Shown here one piece after another: positions 45,594 to 56,003 of a stretch of 64,000 bases of DNA. The DNA comes from an uncultured virus (IMG/VR IMGVR_UViG_3300009157_000020) (lineage: Duplodnaviria > Heunggongvirae > Uroviricota > Caudoviricetes). Position 1 is the stretch's first letter. Each line of letters opens with the position of its first letter. The stretch lies in the IMG/VR virus record IMGVR_UViG_3300009157_000020, one strand, 5' to 3'. The notes under the pieces were generated by a model that did not search any database, was not told the origin of the DNA, and saw only the letters and a list, made by a program, of their open reading frames with translations. Position numbers and translations under genes: made by a program.

Positions 45594-46049
45594 CTAGTGA
45601 ACCTTCAGCAAGGTGAAGAGCGCAGATTTGGCTGGACTACTTGGACCATGTTGTAGTGCCCGAGCACAGGTTTTCCACGCGTGCTCATCTTCACTTTCTC
45701 TAATGCGTTTCAGAAACTCGATCCAGAGATCATGCTTCGCAGAGAGGTTGAGCCACGTCGTATCGCGAAACTTCTCGCTCATCTGTTGGTGAAAAACACC
45801 TGTCTCGATCGCTAGCCTACGAATTAACGAGTTCGTTGCATCGAACTCTTTGCGTTCATTGGCAGTTGGTTGCGACATCACGTCACCGTATTTCACGATC
45901 TCGTCTACCGGAAGCTCTCTTCCGGCATAAATCGCCATCACTTGATCTTCTTTCTCTTCGTTTTGAGAGACGTTCTTCTTGATGAGTCTCTTTGTGAAAT
46001 CTCCCACCAGTTCTACCTTCTTTCCCGTGTTTACAGACCTCTCACGCAC
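45594..46049 (-). CDS. hypothetical protein, lower GC
   Basis: 151 aa ORF. Confidence 0.55.
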   Translation of the reverse strand: MRERSVNTGKKVELVGDFTKRLIKKNVSQNEEKEDQVMAIYAGRELPVDEIVKYGDVMSQPTANERKEFDATNSLIRRLAIETGVFHQQMSEKFRDTTWLNLSAKHDLWIEFLKRIRESEDEHAWKTCARALQHGPSSPAKSALFTLLKVH

Positions 46050-48144
46050 TTTTCCTCAACTCGTTGTCGAGAAATCGTTTCTCACCCCACGGCACGAGGC
46101 GGTTGTTCTCGTCGTACGTCGGCTTGGCTTCCTTGGACCAGTAGCGCATCGCAACCGGGGTTGCCTTGACGGCTGCAGCCATGTTCGGGTGGAAGCGCTG
46201 GAACTGCCCGATCATCACGTTGCTGAGCTCGATGCTTGCTTCGTGGCAACGCTCTTCGGGCGTTTCGAGGATGAGCTCGTCGTGCACGAACACAACCAAG
46301 TGCGAGCCCCACAACGCTGACTGCCGCTGCGTGAACTGCCGCTTGGTGACCTCGTAGCAAGCCGCCTTGGCACCGTCCGCCGTGCGCTGCTGGAAGAAGC
46401 CGTTACAACACTGCGTGTAGCTGACGTCACCGCGCCAGCGCTCGCTGATCGGCTGGATCACGTACCCGACACCACCGTCGAGCAAGTCGTTGATGAACCG
46501 GAAATAGTCCTGCATCTCCGGCCACTGGTGATGCCACGCTCGCCGCAGTGCGATGGCTTCGTCGATCGTCAAGATCACGCCGTAGCTGCTCTTGGCGTAT
46601 TCGACAAACGTCTCAGGACCAAGACCGCCGGGGAACCCGAAGTTCCCTGCCTTCGCCATCTGGCGCGACCACGACGTGTCGTCGAGTCGTTGCAGGATGT
46701 CGAGCTGCGCCGCGCTCATCTTGAGCGAATACTTCGAAGCCACGTGCTCGAACACGGCGTTGATGTAGTCCGTGCCCTCGGGCAGGTCGACCTTCGACGG
46801 AAATTTGAACGGCACGCCAAGATGCTTGCTGAGCTCGGCGACGTAACGGCCACCTTGCTTCTTCCACAGCTCAGCGGTCTCGTAGTTGATGCCGAGGACC
46901 TGCGCACCGAGATCGAGATGCGGATCGAACCCTTCGAGCAGTCGTCCTCCCAAACGCGAGTACCCGACGAACTCGATGCAGCTCTCGGCGAGCGACACGA
47001 GCTCCGCCTTGTCGTAGTCCGCCGCTACATACACGTAGCCGTCTCGTGGCGTGCAGCACTCGCGGATCCCTGGCTCCCGAGGGAAGTTCTGCATGTTCGG
47101 ATCGCTGCAGCTCGTGCGCCCGGTCTCGACCAAGATGAGGTACCAAGGCTGCAGTGGTGTCGTCACGCCGTTCCACATCGCTTGAACGTACGTGCTGCGC
47201 AGCTTCATGACCGACCCGTAGCGCGCGTACTTGACGAGGCCTGGGTGCTTCGAGCTGACACACGAGTCCTCGTCGAGCGACACGTAGCCCTTGTCGATGG
47301 CTTGGTCTCTCGTCATCGTCTCGGCGTAGACCTTGCGCTCGCCGGTTTTGGTGAGCTTGATCTGGTCCCGCGGCAGATGCTTGAGCAGCAGCTGTTTGGC
47401 GAGCGTCGTGTTGCGCGACCCTGCTCCCTTGCGCACGAGGTCGAGCTTTTCGAGCTCACGTTGAAGCAGCTTGAACTCAGCTTCACTGCGCTTGTCGATC
47501 TCGACGACGGCCTCGCGACTCGTGCGAACTCCCCAGCACGACATCAAGTGCAGCGCCATGTCGGCACGCACTTGCCGGAACTGGTCCTTGAGCATCTCCG
47601 AGTACTGCTCTTGATCTTCGAAGAGGTGGATCAAGATCTCCGAGTCGAGCTGGCTGTACTCCTGTGCTGCCTTCGGCCACTGCGCCACGGGGGTCTCGCG
47701 CAGCAACCCGTACTTCTTTCGCCACGTGTCTTCCTTCTCGATGTCGCGACGAAGCAGACGCTTGGCGAGGTCCTTGACCGTGTAGCCGATCTTCACCGAC
47801 TTCTTCGTCGACGGATCGAAGTAGAAGCCGTAGTAGTTGCCCTTCGCGATGTCGATGAGCCGCTGGCGTGTCTGGACGTCGTAGATGCGGTCGTTGTCGA
47901 GCGCATCGAAGATGAGCGGGATGAGCTCCGGGAACTGGTTGCCGATGACCGCGAGGTCGAACGGCGCGTTCGCCCAGACGCTGGTCTCGGTGAACAGCAT
48001 CCGGCACACGTCGAGCGCGTCCCAGTAGTTGACGATCTGCGCTACCGGTTGCGTCTGCTGGAACTTCGCGTACGAGACGCAGACCAGCGGCGGCGCCTTG
48101 AGCCCTCGGCGAAACGGACAAGTCTCTGTGTCTGCTCCGTACAC
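46042..48144 (-). CDS. family A DNA polymerase with 3'-5' exonuclease domain
   Basis: ExoI DTET, NAPFD, YSQLD; TGRTSC, NMQN, motif A DYDKAEL, motif B RQMAKAGNFG, motif C VHDE. Confidence 0.95.
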   Translation of the reverse strand: MYGADTETCPFRRGLKAPPLVCVSYAKFQQTQPVAQIVNYWDALDVCRMLFTETSVWANAPFDLAVIGNQFPELIPLIFDALDNDRIYDVQTRQRLIDIAKGNYYGFYFDPSTKKSVKIGYTVKDLAKRLLRRDIEKEDTWRKKYGLLRETPVAQWPKAAQEYSQLDSEILIHLFEDQEQYSEMLKDQFRQVRADMALHLMSCWGVRTSREAVVEIDKRSEAEFKLLQRELEKLDLVRKGAGSRNTTLAKQLLLKHLPRDQIKLTKTGERKVYAETMTRDQAIDKGYVSLDEDSCVSSKHPGLVKYARYGSVMKLRSTYVQAMWNGVTTPLQPWYLILVETGRTSCSDPNMQNFPREPGIRECCTPRDGYVYVAADYDKAELVSLAESCIEFVGYSRLGGRLLEGFDPHLDLGAQVLGINYETAELWKKQGGRYVAELSKHLGVPFKFPSKVDLPEGTDYINAVFEHVASKYSLKMSAAQLDILQRLDDTSWSRQMAKAGNFGFPGGLGPETFVEYAKSSYGVILTIDEAIALRRAWHHQWPEMQDYFRFINDLLDGGVGYVIQPISERWRGDVSYTQCCNGFFQQRTADGAKAACYEVTKRQFTQRQSALWGSHLVVFVHDELILETPEERCHEASIELSNVMIGQFQRFHPNMAAAVKATPVAMRYWSKEAKPTYDENNRLVPWGEKRFLDNELRKSA

Positions 48145-48194
48145 GTGACTCTCCCAACCGGCAGGAACCGAAGCTCCTGCCGGTCAGTCGTGGT

Positions 48195-48659
48195 TCAGGC
48201 AGCTCCCTCTTCCGAACTACCTTCCCACTGCTTCCAACGGTGCTCGGTGAAGTCCGTGTTCGCCTTCGTCGTGATAACGACACAATCGAGGTCCATCTCC
48301 TGCCCGACGCAGAACTGGGTGTCGATCGAGTCGTTGATCGCGTCCTCGTCGATCACGCCCTTGTTGTCCGAGGCGTTGGGGTCTTCACCGAGCGCCGCGA
48401 GCAAGAACCTTGCGACGTTGATCGGCCCCATGTCCTCGTTGAACTTGATCATCTGCGTGTACACACGCCCGAGCTTCATCTTCTCGGGGACCTCGGTGTC
48501 GTAGATCTCGATGAGCTCCGCGTCGATGCAGTAGAACGTGAACCCCTTGCGGGAGTTGACCTCGCGCAGCTTGGCGATGCGGACGCGGTAGCTCCCCGGA
48601 GAGAACCACTCGTTTCGCATGCCCGTCGGGTCGATGTCGCCTTTGACTGAAAACGCCAT
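48195..48659 (-). CDS. putative single-stranded DNA-binding protein
   Basis: Beta-rich, PGSY, acidic tail, located between helicase and polymerase. Confidence 0.55.
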   Translation of the reverse strand: MAFSVKGDIDPTGMRNEWFSPGSYRVRIAKLREVNSRKGFTFYCIDAELIEIYDTEVPEKMKLGRVYTQMIKFNEDMGPINVARFLLAALGEDPNASDNKGVIDEDAINDSIDTQFCVGQEMDLDCVVITTKANTDFTEHRWKQWEGSSEEGAA

Positions 48660-48713
48660 GTTGTTTTTCTTCCTTTCGTCTCGTCCGTGTTTCGTGTCCG
48701 TACTCGATTAGGC

Positions 48714-50591
48714 TCAATGCTTGAAGTAGAAGGAACCGGTCATGTCCGCGAGCATCAGCTTCTGCTTGTTGCCCGTGGTCTCAGAGATGAACGCAGCGTC
48801 GGCACAAGCTTGGTGCATGCCGTCATGCACGACGCGATGTCCGAGCTTCACCAAGTAGTAGACCGTGTCCGCTTCTTGCATCGAGCGGTGACTACGGCCC
48901 ATGAACTGTTGCCAGATGTAGCCGACAGGCGGCGCCGAGATGATGAGATTGCAGTGAGACGCCTGAAGGTTGCGACCTTCCTTATTGCTGTCGATCGACA
49001 GCACGACGTGCTCTTTGCCGGCGAAGTCGTCGACGAAGTTCTTCTGCGCGTCGAATCCGTTGTGGTGGAAGTACTTCCAGTCAGTCAGCTCATGCAACTT
49101 CTCGCCGACTGCGACGTGCTCGACCCACACGAGTGTCGGCTCTTCATCTGCGATGCGGTTGATGGCGTCTTCGAGGATCTCCGTGGAGAGCCACACCGGT
49201 TCGGTCACAGGCTTGAAGTCGTTTTTGACCTGCTTCCAGATCGCGTACAACCCCTTGTCCTTGAGCTTGCCGCGGAGGATCGCATTGGTGATCTGCAGCG
49301 GCGAGTCGAGCCCGGGGATGTCCTTTTCGAGGATGCCTCGTTGGAACGATGCATAGGCCGAACGCGCAGCTAACCAGTAGTCTGGCGCCTCTTCTTTCCA
49401 CTTGTAGACGAACCCGCAGTTGAGCTCGCGGGTGTGTCGCCAGATCTCCACGAGCTCGACGAGGTCGACCCCGTTGCAGTCTTTCTTGGATTCTTGGAGC
49501 TCGTCGATCTTGGTCTGGACATCGATCGGCAACTTCGGGTCGTAGAAGTCCATCCAGATCGATGCATCGCAATCCTCGCTCAAGCTCGCGACGATGCCGG
49601 GTGTCTCGAAGATGCGCTGCCCAAGCCCTTGCCGAACCTGACCGAGTCCGTACTTGTCGTCCTTCTCCCAGTAGTAGTTCTTGTCGGGTGGCGGCTCGCC
49701 CTCCATCGCTGCCTTCGTGAACTGCAGCAACGCACCAGGGGCGAGGCGACGTGTCGCGGGGATCTTCTCGTCCACGACCTGCGACCATCTCGTGGCTTCA
49801 CCGGCTTCTGCCGGCAACGGCATTCGCTTCGTACCGAGACACCACTTGAGCAAATGGTGGAAGTTCATCAACGAGCGCTTCGTGATCGTTCCGCTCGCTC
49901 CCATGAAAATGGTGTCCGGGTACTCATCCATGTACCGCACCATCCGCTTGGTACACGCCGCGCGCAGATTCTTGAAGTAGTGCACCTCGTCGCAACCGAC
50001 GAAGTCGGGTTTGAGGTCGAACAGGATGTCGGCTTGTTTCTCGCGGCTGAGTCCTTGGTAGTGGATGATCGTGAGGTTCTCCGGCGACCTCCAGTGTTTG
50101 GCGAGCGCGGCGAACTCCCGCTCGGTCTTCTCCTTGAGGCCGGCAGGGATGAACAACACCGGACGCAGTGCTTCGACGACAAGCGCTGCAACGAACGTGA
50201 TGAGCGTCTTACCTTCGCCGATGCCCGCCGGCACGAACGCACCGCCATAGTCGTGCAGGTCGGCGAACACCATCGCCTGCAACGCCCGAAAGCGTTGCGT
50301 GCCTCCTGGCACCTTGAGCCAGTCGGTGAGCTCGTCACACAAGAACTCCAAGTATTCGAGTTCTTGCCACACACGACGCGGCAGTTCGTTGATGCGTTTG
50401 AACTCCGGTGAGGTCGGGATGCCCTGCTCCCGAAACGATTTCCCGATGCGAGCGGTGAGGGCAATCTCGTGCCACTCCTTACCCGCTCGCTTGAGCATCC
50501 GCGCTCGAACGCCTCCGTCCTTCTCCCGCAAGGGAGTGATCGATTCGACGCGTTGTCGAACCTTGGCACGCATGCGTTCGAGCGTAGACAC
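48714..50591 (-). CDS. superfamily 2 (SNF2-related) helicase
   Basis: GIGEGKT, DEVH, SGT, EGRNLQ, QFMGRSHR. Confidence 0.9.
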   Translation of the reverse strand: MSTLERMRAKVRQRVESITPLREKDGGVRARMLKRAGKEWHEIALTARIGKSFREQGIPTSPEFKRINELPRRVWQELEYLEFLCDELTDWLKVPGGTQRFRALQAMVFADLHDYGGAFVPAGIGEGKTLITFVAALVVEALRPVLFIPAGLKEKTEREFAALAKHWRSPENLTIIHYQGLSREKQADILFDLKPDFVGCDEVHYFKNLRAACTKRMVRYMDEYPDTIFMGASGTITKRSLMNFHHLLKWCLGTKRMPLPAEAGEATRWSQVVDEKIPATRRLAPGALLQFTKAAMEGEPPPDKNYYWEKDDKYGLGQVRQGLGQRIFETPGIVASLSEDCDASIWMDFYDPKLPIDVQTKIDELQESKKDCNGVDLVELVEIWRHTRELNCGFVYKWKEEAPDYWLAARSAYASFQRGILEKDIPGLDSPLQITNAILRGKLKDKGLYAIWKQVKNDFKPVTEPVWLSTEILEDAINRIADEEPTLVWVEHVAVGEKLHELTDWKYFHHNGFDAQKNFVDDFAGKEHVVLSIDSNKEGRNLQASHCNLIISAPPVGYIWQQFMGRSHRSMQEADTVYYLVKLGHRVVHDGMHQACADAAFISETTGNKQKLMLADMTGSFYFKH

Positions 50592-50601
50592 GCGCTGAGG
50601 C

Positions 50602-51876
50602 CTACTCCGAGAAGAACTTCTCGATCTTGGAGAGCGCAGCTTCCAGCCCGAGCTCGCCGCCGATGCACGTTCCCATGACGACGAGGATCTTCGCCGTCCT
50701 CATGTCGTCGACGACGAAGCCCTTGGACTTGGTCTGCCGCGTCTTCTTGCCGCTTCCACCATCTTCCCGACCGTCGACGCCTTCGTTGACGTCGCTCGAC
50801 AGCTGCACATCATCGTCCGGCTGCTCGGGAGGATTCACCTTCACCTTGTCCGCAGCTTTCCTCGCAGCCTCGGCTTTCGCCTTCGCTGCGGCTTCCTTCC
50901 TGGCTTTGAGGCGCTCCATCTGTGCTTGGAGCTCAGCTTCCTCGGCATCGATCTCGTCACCTGCAGCTCTCTGCACGACTGCGGGCTCGGGATCGGGCGC
51001 AACCTGCAGGTTGGCGCGCGACGTGTTGTTGGTACCCTTCGATGTCGTCGACTCCGCTTTCGGGGATGGCGTCGCCGCATCGCGGTTTTGCTTGCGCTCC
51101 TGCATGCGCTGCAAGAGAGCCTTCTTGTCTTGTTGGGCCATGATCGACTTTCTCTTTTCTCGTGGTGACAGATTGCAACGATGTTGATGAGGACAACCGC
51201 CGAACGCAGCACAAGCGTTGGCGTTGGGAGGGAGTTCGAGCGGGTTGAGCACCGTCAACCGCACCTTGTCGGTCTCGGCTGCGAGCTCGTCGATGATCGG
51301 CCATCGGCAATCGATGTCCTGCCGCGTCATCGTAGTTTCGGTGATCCTGCTCGTGAACGGCTCCGTCGTTCGGTAGTAGACCCAACGCAGATGCACACGA
51401 TCAGTGTCGTAGCGGTCGACGGCTTCTTTGGCGTAGATGAGCGCCTGGATGTCGTTTTGCAACGCCTCGACGGAGAGCGCCCACATGAAGTCACGCGTGG
51501 TCTTGTGATCGATGACCCACGGCACCCCGTCGCCGTTCATGAAGCCGAGGTCGACGAAGCCGCGATAGTGGAACTTGCCGATGCGGATCTTGAACTCGCG
51601 CTCCACTTCGAGCTCGGGCCCAGGCGGCGGCAACCACTTCAAACCCTCGAACGCGACCTTGCCCGTAGGTCGGTACTGATTGAGAGCACGCCCTTGGCTC
51701 AGCCAGCCTTCGAGGACGCTATGCACGTCCTGTCCAAATTTTGCAGCAGCCCCAGGCGGCTCAATGAAGCCGCAGATCTTCTCCCACGCCCACGCTCTGA
51801 TGCACAGATCAGCGCGCTTGAGCTGTGTCGCGGAGAAGTACCAGGGTGCCGCCAGATGAGCGGCTGGTGTGTCCAT
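50602..51876 (-). CDS. PD-(D/E)XK (RecB/Cas4-like) nuclease with C-terminal extension
   Basis: SATQL...C, G..VH, VE, GFVDL, IDHKT, Q..IYA, C-terminal Cys cluster. Confidence 0.88.
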   Translation of the reverse strand: MDTPAAHLAAPWYFSATQLKRADLCIRAWAWEKICGFIEPPGAAAKFGQDVHSVLEGWLSQGRALNQYRPTGKVAFEGLKWLPPPGPELEVEREFKIRIGKFHYRGFVDLGFMNGDGVPWVIDHKTTRDFMWALSVEALQNDIQALIYAKEAVDRYDTDRVHLRWVYYRTTEPFTSRITETTMTRQDIDCRWPIIDELAAETDKVRLTVLNPLELPPNANACAAFGGCPHQHRCNLSPREKRKSIMAQQDKKALLQRMQERKQNRDAATPSPKAESTTSKGTNNTSRANLQVAPDPEPAVVQRAAGDEIDAEEAELQAQMERLKARKEAAAKAKAEAARKAADKVKVNPPEQPDDDVQLSSDVNEGVDGREDGGSGKKTRQTKSKGFVVDDMRTAKILVVMGTCIGGELGLEAALSKIEKFFSE

Positions 51877-51947
51877 GATGCCTGTTCAGTTCGTGGATTT
51901 CGTTTTCGTCGTTCTTCGTCGTCGTTCGTGAACGTGCGTACGTGAAT

Positions 51948-52373
51948 TCATCCCGTGTCGTCGAGGCTCTGCATGAGCCCGAGTTCGATGGCGCGTTGGT
52001 AGTCGCGCTGCCGCTTGCGTGTACGTCGAGCCGAGCCAGCATTGCCCTGGCTGCGGTTCTGAGCTTCCAAGTAGGTCGTGAGCACGACGAAGTGCTTGTC
52101 GCCGGTCTGTACGTGGATCACCGCTGGGTTGGGCTTGGCCATCAGTTTGGCCAAGTACCGCTCGACCCATTCGACATCGTCGCAACCGATGAGCATCGCG
52201 ATGCCCCGATGGAGATCTCCACCAACGATCGCGGGAAGTTCGAGCACACCGGCGTAATCGGCAACGAGTTCCAAGCGCTGGTACAGACACTGCGCGAAGA
52301 ATCCCCAAAGCGATGCCATCGGGTGCACATCACGGAACGCCCGGATGTACGGGTTGTTCTCGTACCAGGACAT
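51948..52373 (-). CDS. hypothetical protein
   Basis: 141 aa; frame open to 52409. Confidence 0.55.
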   Translation of the reverse strand: MSWYENNPYIRAFRDVHPMASLWGFFAQCLYQRLELVADYAGVLELPAIVGGDLHRGIAMLIGCDDVEWVERYLAKLMAKPNPAVIHVQTGDKHFVVLTTYLEAQNRSQGNAGSARRTRKRQRDYQRAIELGLMQSLDDTG

Positions 52374-52530
52374 TGCTCGATTGCTCGAAAACTCGTCTAC
52401 CGTGAACACCCGAGATCCGTCAACACTTTTCTTTCGATGGCGTCATGAAAATGATCTGAGCGTCGAAAATATTGAACGCACGACATGAAAATGGCACCGT
52501 GACGTTCCCTCGACCCGGACCTCGACCTCG

Positions 52531-55257
52531 ATGCCGTACACCAAGTTCGAAGCGCTCTACGCAACGACACCCATCGTCATCGAATACTTCGACGAGCTCT
52601 GCACCGAGCTCTGCGAACCGGTCATCACACCGGACAAGTACGCCGCTTGGATGTACAGCGCGGCTGTCTTCATTCCTGGAACGACGCGAGCCAACGCCAA
52701 CGTCCTCTACTGCTCGATGTTCATTGCGGACATCGACAAGTCCCCCGAAGAGCACGTCTCGGAACTCGTGGACTTCGTCGATGAAGCGCAGACCCGCTGC
52801 GTTTTTCATACAACGCACAGCAACGCCGAAGGTCAGAAAGAGGGCAAGTTCAAGTGCCGGTTCCTGTTCCCGGCATCCCGCAACATCGAGCCGTACGAAT
52901 GGGACCAGGCGTGGCGTGGCTTCGAGGTGTTCGTCAAACAGGCCTCAGGCTGCACGCTCGACCCACAGTGTCGAGACCCGTCGCACGCCTACTTCGCCCC
53001 ATCCGCATCCTCTATAGATGAAGTCGCGGTCCAGGTCTTCGAAGGCGAGCCCATCGACGTCGACATGTTGCTGGACCTCGCACCCCCGCGCGCCAGCAAG
53101 AGCGAGCCGACGTTCGAGAAGCCCTCCGAGGAGCTCCTCAAGCGCGTCGAGCCGTCAGTCCGCTACCGGATGGCCAAGCGGCTCATCGAAGTGATGCCGC
53201 CGGCGATCGAGGGCCAAGGCGGCGATCGACAGACACTACTCGCCGCGTACGTCGGCCACGACTACGCGCTGCCACCGGAAGACTTCTGGCCGCTGCTGTT
53301 GGAGTTCAACAAGAGATGTCGTCCACCGTGGTCCGAAGCAGACCTGCGGAAGAAGCTGGAGAACGCCTACAAGTACAGCCATCTCCCCGCAGGTTGGCGG
53401 CTCGTCGGTGCCGGTCAAGACGACGTCATCGAGGTCGAAGACGTCGAGAAGCTCATCCGCCGTCTGCTCAAGGTCGAGCACACAGCCCCTACCGGACGCG
53501 TCCTTCGATCGATGCTCTCGGGTGAAAAGCTCGTCGTCAACGACCCGGTGCAGACTCTGGAGCGCGTCGGCAAGGTGCTCGGGAAGAACTTCCCCCACGC
53601 ACCTGCGAGCCAACTCGCCACACTCTTCTCTGACTGCGTCGACGCAACGTCGGAGGACGACAAGGAGAAGAAGTACCGCAACGTGACGGTCGGCGCGTTG
53701 ATGATGCACATCCGTGAAGCTCAAGAAGAGCTCCAGGCGTTCAACACCGCCAACCGCCTCCAGATCCACGACACCCTCGCCAACAAATACTTCGCTGCGT
53801 TCCGTGGCATCGGCGAGACGCGGATTGTCCCGTACAGCGACGACGAACTCCTCAAGATGCGCAAGAAGTTCGATCGCGCAGCGCAGCTCGATCAGTCCTG
53901 GATCGTTCGCTACGGCGAGTCCTACTACTTCAGAGTGCTCGAACAGTACGTCGGCCCGTTTGGTCGCGATGCCTGGAACGCAGCCTCGACGTTCCTCGCC
54001 CCCGTACCGAACATCTCGCTCTACGAGTACACGCCGACCGGCAAACGAGCCCGCTCGATGAACAGCTTGGTCGAGGAGTACGGCATGGTCGCGCTCAAGG
54101 TCGTGGTCGACATGACCAAGCAGATCGCCGAGTTCGACCAAGCTGCGCTCTCGATGACCGAGGCGCCTTGCCCGATCCGCAAAGACCTCAAGGCCGAGTA
54201 CAACGATCACGTCAACACGTGGCTGCGGTTGCTCGCCAACGAGGACAGCGTCTACTACGAGAAGCTGCTCGACTGGCTCGCGAGCGTGCTCGTGCTCGAC
54301 CAACCCACGGCCGCCCTCGTGCTCTACGGCAAGGCGCAGACGGGCAAGACGTTGATGGGCTTTGCGCTCTCGCGGCTGTTTTGCCACGACGGACCCACCG
54401 AGGTGGAGGACGTCTCTGGCAACTTCAACTCCAAGCTCGTTGGCTGCCCGATCGTGCTTGCCGACGAGACCGTTCCAAAGGACGGGCGAGATCCGAACAC
54501 CAAGCTCCTGCGCAAGCTCATCACGGCGCACAGCCGCACGCTCAAGCGCAAGTTCATCCCCGACTCGGACGTCAAGGGGTGCCTTCGGTTGGTGATGACG
54601 GCGAACAACCTCGAAGGGCTGATCTCGTTCGAGAACATCAACGAAGACGACATCGAAGCGTTGTGTGAACGCTTCTTGCTCATCCGCATCGCGACGCACA
54701 AGCCCAAGGAGTTCCTCGACTCGCTGTCGAAGAAGGACCGCCAGGCCATCACCCACGGCGACGCGATCCCCAACCACGTGCTGTGGCTGCGGGACAACCG
54801 TACGATCGAGCACTGGGGCTCACGCTGCATCGTCGAGGGCTTCCAGGACAGCGAGCTCGCCGAGGCGCTGCGCAGCGGCACGGGCATCCGACCCGAAGTC
54901 ATCGAGTTCATCGCGAACTGGGTGACAGGTCGACGGATGCAGAAGCAGAACCATCAGCCGCTCGTGCACCAACTACCGAGCGGGGAGATGGCGTTGCTCA
55001 TGACCTCCAAGACTCTGAAGGAACATTGGAAGGCCATCATGGATGACGACCCTCCGAAGATGAAGCTGCTCTCCCGAGCTCTGCAAGCTCTTTCCGTCGA
55101 GATGATGCGCGTGCAGACGCGGAACTACTGGCGCATCGATCTCGAAGCCGTGCGGCGTTTCGCGACGCAACAGCAGGGCTTCGACCAAGACGAGTTCGAC
55201 AGCGGGTTGCGCAACCTCGGGTTGATCCCGGCGTTGGCGATCACGCCGATGAAGTAG
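52531..55257 (+). CDS. primase-helicase (AEP-like primase, PriCT-like domain, SF3-type helicase)
   Basis: IADID, HTTHS, CRFLFP; AIEGQGG...FNKRCRPPWS; Walker A GKAQTGKT, LADE, MTAN. Confidence 0.9.
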   Translation: MPYTKFEALYATTPIVIEYFDELCTELCEPVITPDKYAAWMYSAAVFIPGTTRANANVLYCSMFIADIDKSPEEHVSELVDFVDEAQTRCVFHTTHSNAEGQKEGKFKCRFLFPASRNIEPYEWDQAWRGFEVFVKQASGCTLDPQCRDPSHAYFAPSASSIDEVAVQVFEGEPIDVDMLLDLAPPRASKSEPTFEKPSEELLKRVEPSVRYRMAKRLIEVMPPAIEGQGGDRQTLLAAYVGHDYALPPEDFWPLLLEFNKRCRPPWSEADLRKKLENAYKYSHLPAGWRLVGAGQDDVIEVEDVEKLIRRLLKVEHTAPTGRVLRSMLSGEKLVVNDPVQTLERVGKVLGKNFPHAPASQLATLFSDCVDATSEDDKEKKYRNVTVGALMMHIREAQEELQAFNTANRLQIHDTLANKYFAAFRGIGETRIVPYSDDELLKMRKKFDRAAQLDQSWIVRYGESYYFRVLEQYVGPFGRDAWNAASTFLAPVPNISLYEYTPTGKRARSMNSLVEEYGMVALKVVVDMTKQIAEFDQAALSMTEAPCPIRKDLKAEYNDHVNTWLRLLANEDSVYYEKLLDWLASVLVLDQPTAALVLYGKAQTGKTLMGFALSRLFCHDGPTEVEDVSGNFNSKLVGCPIVLADETVPKDGRDPNTKLLRKLITAHSRTLKRKFIPDSDVKGCLRLVMTANNLEGLISFENINEDDIEALCERFLLIRIATHKPKEFLDSLSKKDRQAITHGDAIPNHVLWLRDNRTIEHWGSRCIVEGFQDSELAEALRSGTGIRPEVIEFIANWVTGRRMQKQNHQPLVHQLPSGEMALLMTSKTLKEHWKAIMDDDPPKMKLLSRALQALSVEMMRVQTRNYWRIDLEAVRRFATQQQGFDQDEFDSGLRNLGLIPALAITPMK

Positions 55258-55273
55258 ATCTCGGAAACGATTT

Positions 55274-55759
55274 CTACTCCTTACCGAGTCGGAACACTGG
55301 AATCTGCTGCTCTTTCCACAAGCCTTCATCCTCTTGAAGGCATTCGTCACAAACAGGAGCGAGTACAGACACGTACTTGTCTTCTCGCGTAACCGGGTGG
55401 GTCATGAGTTTGATCGTGCATGAAACTGCAACTGGTACCCTGTCTGGGTGATCCATGCACTTTGTCGCATCGACTTCAACCAGCATTTGAGGAGCAGTTG
55501 TCCACATCTTCGGAAGTTCAGGCTGATGGTACCAATGAAAACTACCGATGTTGTGAGATACGAGCCATTGAGCTCCATCGGGGCGCAAGCACACGTAGGC
55601 AAACGTTCGTTTTTGTCTCTTCAACCTGTCAATCTTCCTTTGATCCTCGACAGACAAAAACAGCATGTAACTTCTTCGCCCTTGGTCATTAGACTCTGTT
55701 GTCAGATCTTGTTGACGAGCTTCTCGTCTTGCCTTCTTGATTCGTCCTCTACGGCTCAT
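55274..55759 (-). CDS. hypothetical protein
   Basis: 161 aa, CxxH...CxxC, lower GC. Confidence 0.6.
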   Translation of the reverse strand: MSRRGRIKKARREARQQDLTTESNDQGRRSYMLFLSVEDQRKIDRLKRQKRTFAYVCLRPDGAQWLVSHNIGSFHWYHQPELPKMWTTAPQMLVEVDATKCMDHPDRVPVAVSCTIKLMTHPVTREDKYVSVLAPVCDECLQEDEGLWKEQQIPVFRLGKE

Positions 55760-55986
55760 GTGATGGTCCTCTTTCGCGACAACGCAGCGTTCCAATCCAC
55801 GTTTCTTGCAAACACAGATTCTTTGAAGCTCTCACCTCTGTCCGCAAGTTCGACGAGACGCTGCACAACAGAAGACAGTTTTTCATCTTCCACTCTCGTC
55901 GCAAGATTTTGCGGAGTAATCCCCGCTTTTCCGACTGCTGCCAGCAGTTCGACAACGTTGAGAACCAATCTTTCGTCCCTGGTCAT
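55756..55986 (-). CDS. hypothetical protein
   Basis: 76 aa; AAGGAG RBS. Confidence 0.6.
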   Translation of the reverse strand: MTRDERLVLNVVELLAAVGKAGITPQNLATRVEDEKLSSVVQRLVELADRGESFKESVFARNVDWNAALSRKRTIT

Positions 55987-56003
55987 TCTCCTTGTTTCCC
56001 CTT

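Noticed and set aside
46528..48504. Long antisense ORFs (also 39077-40738, 53236-54813, 1922-3199, 6234-7289 and others)
   Set aside because: Shadow frames of well-supported genes, expected in GC-rich DNA, with no recognisable motifs.
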